Program-made: the position numbers and the translations under genes
NCBI GenBank assembly: GCA_051362555.1
Contig: CM120644.1
Location: 21,784,534 to 21,848,533 of the forward strand
DNA length: 64,000 bases
DNA from: Lingula anatina
Lineage: Eukaryota > Animalia > Brachiopoda
Direction: 5' to 3'
The notes under the pieces: model-generated
Told to the model about the DNA's origin: nothing
Seen by the model: only the letters and a program-made list of their open reading frames with translations
Databases searched by the model: none
In this document: positions 11,220-21,486 of the stretch, in pieces
How positions within the stretch are numbered: position 1 is the stretch's first letter
How the letters are laid out: each line of letters begins with the position of its first letter

Positions 11220-11976
11220 AAGCTAACCAGTCCCCCCTTAGCCCTGCTAAGACCCTGATGTCTTCAGCGTATTTAAGTAAATTGGGCGCCTCCTGGGGGT
11301 GTTTAAGGGTGTACACTGACATGAAAGTGTGAAAGGCCGTTGTCCATTGGGACATGGAGGTGATCTGAGGCCTTCTACCCTGGGAGACTACCAGTGTGAT
11401 TTTACCGTGGTTGTTTTCCATGGCCAATGGGAGGGGGTCGCCGGGTTGGGGCAATTGCGCTGACTGGTCTTGGAGGAGTAGTGACATGTCGACAAACTCG
11501 TTCCCCCAAATTCGATCTTTTAATTTGTCGTCGACTAGGGCGTGTAAGGGAATGGACTTAGTTGAATACCTATTAGTCTGGGGGGATACTATACCTGTGT
11601 CCGCTGAAGGAGGAGTAGGCGGAGGGTTTTCTGGCAGATTGCGCTGGCCCGACTGAGGTGCCACCGAGTTGGCTGCCAGTGTTGCCATGGCTTGTGACAT
11701 CTCCTTCAGAATGTTGAAGATGGCCTGGTTGTCCACGGGCTGCGGGGTTGAATGTGAACTCCCAGAAGTTGAGGGTAAGGAAGTGTCCGCAGAGGAAGGT
11801 GCAGATTTACGAACAAGTTGCTTCCCCTTACTGACTCGCGGGCGTTTTTCCGATGCTGGAGAGGGGCCGGCGGAAGAAGTGCTCGCAGTAGAGGGAGTAG
11901 GGTGAGTTCTGCTTGCCCGGCGTTTGTTTGGAGTACTCTCAGGAGCTGTTGAACTTCTTGATCTCTTGGGAGGCAC
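10828..11976 (-). CDS. gag: gag-like ORF1 of YR retrotransposon
   Basis: Low-complexity S/P/T-rich N-terminus, W..YDRNFR motif, C-terminal Cys/His knuckles CYKFHSGNHCRGDCTYDHKCFRCSGGTHPASQC. Overlaps the RT ORF in another frame. Starts at GTG preceded by an acceptor-like TTTTCAG. Confidence 0.8.
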   Translation of the reverse strand: MPPKRSRSSTAPESTPNKRRASRTHPTPSTASTSSAGPSPASEKRPRVSKGKQLVRKSAPSSADTSLPSTSGSSHSTPQPVDNQAIFNILKEMSQAMATLAANSVAPQSGQRNLPENPPPTPPSADTGIVSPQTNRYSTKSIPLHALVDDKLKDRIWGNEFVDMSLLLQDQSAQLPQPGDPLPLAMENNHGKITLVVSQGRRPQITSMSQWTTAFHTFMSVYTLKHPQEAPNLLKYAEDIRVLAGLRGDWLAYDRNFRANKERSGDPWEDTNWDLWNRALLNSRPNNNVQQFRPRGSFTSRQPFRKFPQGVCYKFHSGNHCRGDCTYDHKCFRCSGGTHPASQCPRSENRAAARPSYPSRANRNSPSTPQGPKNPSRPQQTQ

Positions 11977-12850
11977 TGAAAAGTGTAATGAAGAGAGCAG
12001 CAGACAGGTGAAATTTTTTGTAAGTTCCCATGTAGTTTTTTATTACTCGGAGGAGACGGGGAAGGTGGCGGGTATCAAAATCGTACTGAGTCGAATTGAG
12101 CAGTGATCCGTTGATTGTTCTCTTGCGACTGTCGTGCGTGAGAGCAAAGTGAGAAAGAATACTATCGTACATTTCGTTAAACGCGACGGCGCGTACCTTG
12201 TGGAACACACCTGACCTAGTTCAACCTGATTGGGCAAAAATTAGTAACGAACCAAATACTCTGATTGGATAAGAAAGATTGGCCAATCACAGCCCACTGC
12301 CGATGCAGCACTGAATCCACGATTCTATGTGCAGCATTGAATCCGAGGCTCGTCAGTTCATGCAGCACTCAATCCGAGGTTTGTACAAGTATGGCAAAAT
12401 TACAATGCGAATCCCGTCGGAACTAGGTTACAATCCGTCGCCATAAAACAACGTTTGACTCAGCCGCCAAACTTCCCTTTATGTCTCCTTGATCTAAAGG
12501 TTCAATACGATGCCGAGAAAGGAGCAATAAAGTGACAAACACAAGTATGATGTTCGAAACTTGGCCGTTGCCGGCCGCTTTTATTGTGAATCCTTATACT
12601 AAAATGAATTAAATTTTGATGTTAAAATTAATTAATTGTGACAGTGCCAAAATACGTAATTTTTTACGCCTGAAAAGACTATTTTATATATAATTCCCAA
12701 AGAACATAGTGCAGACGTTTTAATTTGTGGGGTTGCAAAGAGGCCATAACCTTGGGATCGCAGAGGCCAAGGAAAACCCCACAAAGGACAAAGGAGCCTG
12801 CTGATAAGGACAGAAAGTTTCCAGATGAGTAAGTAGTGCGTAATGAGTAG

Positions 12851-13574
12851 AGGTCGGAAATGTAAAGACACAAAACGTGCCGCTCACCTAGGCGTAGCTA
12901 GGCGGACAAAAATATTACAAAAATAAGGCATGAAAAAATATGCCACTCAACCTGAAAACCAGGTCGGAAAAGTAAAGACACAAAACGTGCCACTCACTCT
13001 GACGAAGCAGAGCGGAATATAAAGACACAAAACGTGCCACTCACCTAGGCGTAGCTAGGCGGACAAAAATATTACAAAAATAAGGCATGAAAAATTATGC
13101 CACTCAACCTGGAAACCAGGTCGGAAAAGTAAAGACACAAAACGTGCCACTCACTCTGACGAAGCAGAGCGGAATGTAAAGACACAAAACGTGCCACTAA
13201 CCTAGGCGTAGCTAGGCGGACAAAAATATTACAAAAATAAGGCATGAAAAAATACGCCACTCAACCTGAAAACCAGGTCGGAAAAGTAAAGACACAAAAC
13301 GTGCCACTCACTCTGACGAAGCAGAGCGGAATATAAAGACACAAAACGTGCCACTCACCTAGGCGTAGCTAGGCGGACAAAAATATTACAAAAATAAGGC
13401 ATGAAAAAATATGCCACTCAACCTGAAAACCAGGTCGGAAAAGTAAAGACACAAAACGTGCCACTCACTCTGACGAAGCAGAGCGGAATATAAAGACACA
13501 AAACGTGCCACTCACCTAGGCGTAGCTAGGCGGACAAAAATATTACAAAAATAAGGCATGAAAAATTATGCCAC
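12851..13574. repeat. 157-bp tandem repeat (~4.5 units) built of three double-hairpin submodules, inside the retrotransposon
   Basis: AAAGACACAAAACGTGCC.CT.ACCTAGG recurs at 12864, 13021, 13178, ~13335 and 13492. Confidence 0.93.
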
Positions 13575-15810
13575 GTCGTTGCCGACTGGAGTAGGATAGA
13601 GGATAAAAGGAAGGAAAATTACCGGTGGTCCTGAAAAGGTCGGGACCTGACAAAAGGGGTAGATGCGCCTATGGGCTTGTTAGCTGATCAAAATCGTACT
13701 GAGGCGAATTGAGCAGTGATCCGTTGATTGTTCTCTTGCGACTGTCGTGCGTGAGAGCAAAGTGAGAAAGAATACTATCGTACATTTCGTTAAACGCGAC
13801 GGCGCGTACCTTGTGGAACACACCTGACCTAGTTCAACCTGATTGGGCAAAAATTAGTAACGAACCAAATACTCTGATTGGATAAGAAAGATTGGCCAAT
13901 CACAGCCCACTGCCGATGCAGCACTGAATCCACGATTCTATGTGCAGCATTGAATCCGAGGCTCGTCAGTTCATGCAGCACTCAATCCGAGGTTTGTACA
14001 AGTATGGCAAAATTACAATGCGAATCCCGTCGGAACTAGGTTACAATCCGTCGCCATAAAACAACGTTTGACTCAGCCGCCAAACTTCCCTTTAACAAAA
14101 GAATGGATTGAAAAAAATGGCCACCATCTTATCGTAGAAGACCAATATAAAATCATATATTGCCGTGTTCCTAAATCGGGGAACACAAATTGGAAGCGCT
14201 TATTACTAGCACTGTCTGGTATTATAAACGATACATCTATGGCTCATGGCAAAAAGGGGCTAAACCCAATGAATGCAGTTAAAAGATATTTGCATACGTT
14301 GGATACGCTGTCGTTTTCGGAAGCAAAACAAAAACTTAAGACCCACTTGAAAGTTATGTATCTTAGGCACCCCTTAGAACGATTACTTTCTGCATATCGT
14401 AATAAGTTGGAAAGAGATCCTTGGACGCATCATAGCGTCTCGTCGCAAGTGTTTCCCTATGTTATGAAACACTATCGCTGTGTAGAACCCATTATGGATG
14501 CCAAAGATAACATTTGAAGAATTCCTTCGTTACGTTGGTGACAATCCAAACTTTCTGAATGGTCATTGGGCGCCCCCAAACGATTTATGTCACCCATGCG
14601 TCATTCAATATGACGTCATAGGGTATTTTGGGACAATAAGCGAAGATGCAAACAACATTTTGAAACTAGTGCATGCGTACCCAGCATTCAAATTTCCAAA
14701 TGTGTACATTAATCCAGAAACAACGTCTAATTTGGTGAATAGATATTATTCAAATGTATCAAAATCGACGTTGCAGAAAATTCGTCCAATTTACGCACTT
14801 GATGCAGCAATGTCGGCTGCTAATTTACGTATTTAGTTAAAGATGCATTTGAAGTCGATCTTTTGCCACAAAAGCCAACCAAATGTTACCACATCCAAAT
14901 AGTGTAATTTACAGGACTACCAAAATACATTGCTTAATGTTAAAGTGATATTTGAACGGATTTTTCTGCTTGCTTTCTGTGATTTTAGGTTACCCAAGTA
15001 GTAAGATAAGATGTTGGGGCACGGTCTTTACAAGAATAAAGTAGGTTACTGGGTAGATAAGTAGGCAGTATGTTAGATAAGATCAGTAAGATATATTTAC
15101 GATCAAAACTTATAGAGATTGCAGTTTATAGCCCTTTTTTGTCTGATCTTGTGATTAAATCGATTTATTCCTTGGTATGTTGACATTATTTGAGTCATTA
15201 GAAACTATGCTTGCACTTACGACTGCTATGTCATTTCGCTAGCTTTTTGTTAATTTTTTTGCTTAATTATAAAATGCTAACGACATATTCGCCCTCAAAT
15301 TTTAGTAAAATGCTAGAGTTTGTACTGGGCTTCAGGTCCCTTGGAGGTCTATGTCTTACACTGAAAATGTCAATATTAAAAATATGTTAACTTGAAGATG
15401 AATATCTAATCAGTCTGCTTTGCTAGTCGGGCTCTATTTTTGTCGGAGTATTACAAGAAACACGATTTTCCTATCAGTATGTTGAAGAAAACTCACAAAA
15501 TAATGTTGCTGCCAATTTGATGCAATGTAATTGCAATGTAATTGTTCCAAATACCATTCAAGTTTATCTACAATTGTATGTACCGGTATTACAGGTAGCA
15601 TAGACATTCAGAAAACATCTCGTGAGACTAGATAACATTTTAAGTTTACAGGTAATATGTCATCAAGACATGTTATGTACAACTGGGTATTAATTGGTGG
15701 TGGGTAGGTAAGGCAATTAGAACTTAAGAACTTCGGGAAGTGGGAATAAAGTTGTACTACAAGTAACAAGGACTATGCCATTGAATATGCTTATGTGTGA
15801 AAATTGAAAA

Positions 15811-15850
<40 letters not shown>

Positions 15851-16395
15851 CTTAGCGTATATGTAAACTGCCTCTTTACCAAACAAAGCCACTCAATAAA
15901 TTTATTTAAAAAATAAATAAATAGGTTTAGAAGTTATGCAAAAACCCGTAAATATAAATCAATCATGTCGATTCTCGAAAGCAACCTGCCTCTTTACTAA
16001 TTCAAGCAGAGCCACAAAATTTAAAGTAAAACAAAAGTACGGTTTGGCAGTTATGGGACGATCGTCATGTGTAGGACAACGACGGCGACAGCGACGTCTC
16101 GGCCAGACAGACCTATCAGAATATAGACAGACACTTACAATGTCTGTACATAAAAATTAAAATCAACCAATCCCAGGAACAGCCCAACCCCCATGTGCAC
16201 GGAAAACCCAAATAGCCCAAGCAGTACATTTTGACTAGAGGGTGAGAGAGGTGATAGGGATGACAGGGGCTAGTTGGCCCAGTTAGATAATTTTGGCCTT
16301 GTAGAACTAATTAGGCATGGTTAGAGTAACTAAACCGGTTTATAAGTAAGCCCTATGAACTAAGCTACGTATGCAACGTCATTATTTTTCAAATA

Positions 16396-17671
16396 CAGAC
16401 TTGACATTTAATATGGAATATTTTTTTCCAAATTGCTTTTCATCATTTTTTTCCCTATTTTGCTGACTGATAAATGAAAATAAGGATTAAAATCGCGTTT
16501 TAATAACTTTTATTTATATCTTTGATGTCATTGTGACATCAGTTCATCTATTGAATTCGCCAGTGAAGCAAACAAAAATGCATTGCTTATTTTAGGTCAT
16601 ACGACAACCATTGAAAGCGATGTTTTAGATCTCTATATTTTCCAAATTATCGTCTTTAAAAGAGTTATACGCCCCACAAAGGACCCTCATGTCAGTGTCT
16701 TGTCTCAGCAACGGTGGCTGTTACACCTGACCTTATCTGGCTGCTACCAGAGCTTTCAAGCGGCAAGGCATTCCTTAGGATAGGTTTTTAGAGTTTTATC
16801 TGGAAAAAAATTCCAGGCAACGGTCAAAACTTGTCCAGTGTGGTTCAGTTTTGTTGTAGGACATGCAGGCCGTTGATTCGGAGAGTAATAACCTACCCAC
16901 GTATTGTCTGTGTGGTTCAAATAGGGCGATTTTGATGACCAATGTATCTGCTCAATCCCTTGGCTCTGTAAGTTATCTGCTATTAAAAGTGCTCTGTGTG
17001 AACGGGCAATCTCATCGTTTAACCTAAAATTGTTCCTAAGGTACCCCCTATCAAATGATAGTCAAATGGTTCCCACATTATTCCTTTATTTCATCTGGTT
17101 TAGGTTTTCATCAATGACTATCATTGGTGTTTTGGCACCAATGTTGTATTCACTCCAAATACTGACGCTGTCAATGACCTACATTGGCCGTGGTCTCTGT
17201 GTAGGTACATCAGTCTGGGCATAACTCCATAAAACTGTGCAGACCATTCCCTTTGACAATAATCTGTCTGGTAATATCTGTCTTTTTCGTGCCACTCTGG
17301 CACAGATTAACAATTTTGTAAAACATTGTTTTACTCATTTTACGAACTGCAAAACTGACCGCTTGCATGCAAAATTTCAAAATTTTCTATGCAGTAGTTG
17401 CCGACATATGGATACTTTTTTAACAGGATCATGCTTCGCCAAAGCCAAGCTTTGGCTAGCCCAAAGGAGCACTACCCAATTAAATCACTGCATATTACAC
17501 AATGCAGCAGTGCACCAGACTTGGTAGTCAGTTAATTGGTAGCGACACACCTGACTTCACACTTCTCCAGTCAGATGTTTTATGTGAGATCTGACTTTTA
17601 TGAAAAAAGAACGCATTTTTACCAAGGTATACCTTTGAAACTGAAATATTTCATATTAAATGTCAAGTCTG
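16396..17671 (-). mobile_element. Non-autonomous Tc1-like DNA transposon
   Basis: TA|CAGACTTGACATTTAATATGGAATAT ... ATATTTCATATTAAATGTCAAGTCTG|TA. The - strand remnant LQSQGIEQIHWSSKSPYLNHTDNTW resembles Tc1 WPxxSPDLNPIE. Confidence 0.82.
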
Positions 17672-20039
17672 TATAATGCTTGATGGCTCACAATTTGACA
17701 AATAACGCAATTGGCGTCAGGGGGCCAAATTGTTAGTTGCCAGTTCTAAAGGGACGAAAAAGTTGTGCACATTAGTTCATGAAGAAAAGTAGGTCAAAGG
17801 TCAATTTGAAGGTCGCAGTATGATTACCAGTATATGACGTCATATTCAACTTCAATAATAACTTTGTCTCTATCTCTGTCTGTTTTTGAGATATAAAAGA
17901 TAAAAAAATTGCCAAGTTCAATTTTAAGCCGCACTTTTTTATTTTTCTGAATGACATCCTCTTGGGACCCTGAAATCGGTGCGAGAGGGCGAAAAAAAAA
18001 ACAGCCAAAATATATATATATATATATACTGCTTAAGTAAAGGAATGCTGTCAGTACACAAATTTACCACAGAAACACGTGCCAAACTAACACTTTGTCT
18101 TTATCCATGCTCTCAAAATATAAAAGCATTGTCAATACTTCGTAGAAAGGTAAAAAAGTCATGAATACATATGCTGCACATTACCAAATCTATATTAAGG
18201 TTATTTTATGCATTTTGTTGGTTTACCAATCAATAAAACAAATAATAAACAAACAGTGTGTCTTTATTTGTGCTCTCAGAATATTAAAGCATTATGAACA
18301 CTTCACAGAAATGTTTAAAAGTCATGCAAAGAAATGCTTAATAATACCAAATCTATTAAAGGTCATTTCGGTCAATGCCGTTTTGTCTACTTTGACTTGC
18401 AGGAAGCAGCCAAACTGTCGGGTGGCCTCTCCGACCTTCAGCCCACCAAATACCTCGACGCCCTTGTCGTCCCTGTTTCCGCTACAAAAAACATGTGCTG
18501 CTTTGGACAGTATATCACTGAAATTTTTCGGGCGATAATCGCGGCCGCCGCCAGCCTTTAGTATAATTATAGAAAGGTGATATCTCCATGCCCAATATCA
18601 ATGGCATACCAATCCCAAACGACGGCCTCCTTCCTCTTTATGACTTTAATTGTCGTGTAACTTGACAGTAAGTAATCCTTGAGATGAATTTGACGGCAAA
18701 GCAGCCAATTTCCACGTGGCGATAATACGCATGCGCAGAAAGCTCATTTTCCGGCAAAATTCAATAAGGACGTTTGCGACAACCGACTTCATTGGGGTGA
18801 GTTTTTTTCTTTCGGAGAGCGGACGAAAATCGGTGCGCGCGCAGGATGTCACTCATAAAAATAAATTGTGTGGCCTTATGGTGAAAAGTACCTTGTAGCT
18901 ATTTAAAAACCGGTCTCTTTAATAGCCTACGCTGTCCACATCTTACGTGCTATTGCGCAAGCCCCCGACAGTGACAATGATAGGGGGGTTACGATGGGCA
19001 GCGCAGGTCACTCACAACGACGGGTACTGTTAAGCCAGTCATTTAGCCTTTAACTTGACTAAACATGTTTTGCTTTGTATCAAGCGTCCTTCAGTCTTGC
19101 TGTTGCGGAAGCTCCGGCGGGAAATATCTGAACCATGCCGATATTCATCCTGACTTTCGACTTTAAATGTTTTATTGTTTTTTTTTATCAAAGTCTTATT
19201 ACATGTGAAAATAGTCATGTTTTCATACGTTAAGAAAATGATAGGAATTGTAGAAAAAGCGACTCATACATCAGGGGTAGAAAATAAGAGCTTGCAGCAC
19301 TATAATCCATATTATTCATCACCAAAAGTCTCCGCTTCACTTTTTTCTCCCAAATTACAACGATCTGTTGACAACTGAAAGGTGTTAGCCATACCTCAGG
19401 GCAGTGGGAGATAATGGCCGTGGTTTGAATTTGATTAAAACTGATAAAAATATATTTTGAAGGCATTTTCTAGCTTCGAGTTCCTGTCAGCACTGTCATG
19501 GTTTATATAAGCTTTTAAAATGATGATAATGTGACTTTCGGTCAGCCATTTATATAATTTTTTCCACAATTCCTTTGGTTTGGTAGATATTTTGCATTTT
19601 CAAATGCTAAATATCTACCAAAATTAAAATTTTGCCAATTTTGGACAAGGGTGCATTGCGACGAGCGACACACTTATACCCAAGTACCGACAAAGCCCAA
19701 AATTCACATAAATCAAGTTGAGATTATATGTGACCTACATACAAGGGATGGAAATAGGGTCTGTTGTACATGTTGTTTAGGAGGCGAAGCGGTAGGTTAG
19801 TAAGTAAGTTTATTATGACATGGCAACCAAAATGGAGTGAGAATAAAATATACAAATTTACAAATAAAAATATTGATATACAGGTATAATATAGGATATG
19901 CGAATAGGACTTAATGAGATTTAAAAAATAAATAAATAAATAAAATAAATTTTTGCACAGGCATCTGAAAGTTAGTTTAAAAGAGGATTGAGTAATGAAA
20001 ATTAAATACAATAAAGGCCAAAATGAGTTTCAAAAGTAA

Positions 20040-20203
20040 AACTCGGACCACTAATGGTTTAATAAAGAGAAAGGAATAAAAGTGTTTTAAAACGCTCAGT
20101 TCTAATTTTTGGTATGCTAAACTTTGACAGGCTATTTCTTAGTCTCCTGTGTGGATTGCAGGTTAAAAGGTAGTTCAGCTTGTCTGTGTCATTTTGTATT
20201 TTT

Positions 20204-20259
<56 letters not shown>

Positions 20260-20640
20260 TTTGCAGAGTTCAAATCTGGGCTCTTATAATGTAATAAGTT
20301 TTGCTTTGGCTAGAGCATCAACATAAATTAATTCAGGGGAAATTATCCTTAGTGCCCTTGACTGGATGGATTCTATTATTTTACATTGTTCTCCAGTTAA
20401 TCCAGGGTGCCACACAGGACAAGCATATCCAACCACAGTCCGAATTAAACTCTGATATACCTGAAAATGATCAGATGAGGACAGTTTAGCACGTTTTTTG
20501 CATGCTTTTTTATAGATAAAATCAACATGTTCAGACCATTTAAGATTGTTAGTAATAAAAACTCCCAACAGTTTGAAATGGGATACTTCACTGACACGAT
20601 TTCTTCTAATATTAACTGATTGACATTTTCTCTGTGATTG
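20040..20640 (-). mobile_element. 3' fragment of a non-LTR retrotransposon (L2/CR1-group)
   Basis: FKLLGVFITNNLKWSEHV...YACPVWHPGLT...IESIQSRALRII; decayed, interrupted by an A-run at ~20206-20257. Confidence 0.8.
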
Positions 20641-21118
20641 TGTAAACGTGGTGACGTGGCAACGGAGCCGGCAGACGATACCGGTCGGGGCTAAAACCAT
20701 GTGTACTGCCAGCGACGCGCTGACGGTACAAATTATATAATTCTATAAATTTCCTCACTCTCAACCATGGTACATGTATAAGAGGAGGTAGCAGAAATTA
20801 CAAAGACATTCCAAACTCCTGCTGCCTAAAAAAGTAAAGCAGTTCATTCTAGGTCTATCATTTATCTACAAAAAATAAATATATATAAAAATAAATAAAA
20901 ATAAAATTAAAATAAAAAAATCGAAAATTTCTAAAATCAAACACCTCTACCGCAGGACATATACCGGTATTTACCACTAACTCACAAACGCACAAATAAA
21001 CGCATGCGCACACGTTCATACGTCTGTTACGCAACCTGTGTCATGTGGGATTTTATAACTGCATGCATCACCAGCATGCAGGTAGTCGATATTTTGATCG
21101 GCATATCACCTTGCCAAG

Positions 21119-21486
21119 ATGAAGTGGAGTGTGTGTCGTACGATGCTGAGATTTCTTTTCGTTGGTTTTTGCCTTTTTGTTATCGCATTGTACATGTACG
21201 TGGCAGGTAAGACCTTATTTCGCTCTCTCTTTCTCATGTTCTCCTACATAAAATCAAAATATTGTCTGTAAGAAGTGTACAAGTGTACAGGTGGAAAGCA
21301 TAATCATCACGCGTCTGAAATATTCAATTTTATACTCCAAGCTGCATTTAATGAATTCTAGGGCGTCTTAGGCGTGATAATACTCACCTTAAGGTTGAGG
21401 AAAAGGTAGACGAGCTCGAAGCGACTACGATACCTATAAAAGATATAATGGCAATGATGGGAAATGGACAGAGTGAAAATGACCAG
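21119..21486 (+). CDS. Extra (orphan or alternative) sulfotransferase exons 1-2
   Basis: Exon 1 21119-21206 MKWSVCRTMLRFLFVGFCLFVIALYMYVA, G|GTAAG. Exon 2 21362-21486 open, CAG|GTACG. No catalytic exon before the next exon pair at 24025. Confidence 0.7.

Larger units (their letters stand above)
7881..14094 (-). mobile_element. Tyrosine-recombinase retrotransposon (DIRS order, Ngaro/PAT-like, split direct repeats)
   Basis: gag, RT-RNase H and YR ORFs on the - strand. 270-bp repeat at 7881-8150 and 12476-12745; 408-bp repeat at 12074-12481 and 13687-14094. Precise interruption of a host exon. No methyltransferase ORF seen. Confidence 0.92.
7773..14836 (+). pseudogene. Sulfotransferase copy B catalytic exon, disrupted
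   Basis: 5' part 7773-7886 (QSGLDDDVIPEKW...KMPL) resumes at 14095 (TKEWIEKNGHH...) after a 6.2-kb insertion. A further ~92-bp frameshifting deletion at ~14494 relative to paralogs. Confidence 0.9.

Noticed and set aside
12851-13574. CRISPR array or hammerhead ribozyme array
   Set aside because: Variable parts recur with a 157-bp period rather than being unique spacers, there are no cas genes and the context is eukaryotic. The hammerhead core (CUGAnGA...GAAA) is absent on both strands.
16583-18561. Short ORFs conserved between 16-18 kb and 62-64 kb
   Set aside because: Conservation reflects recent segmental duplication; indels shift frames between copies and no domain is recognisable.
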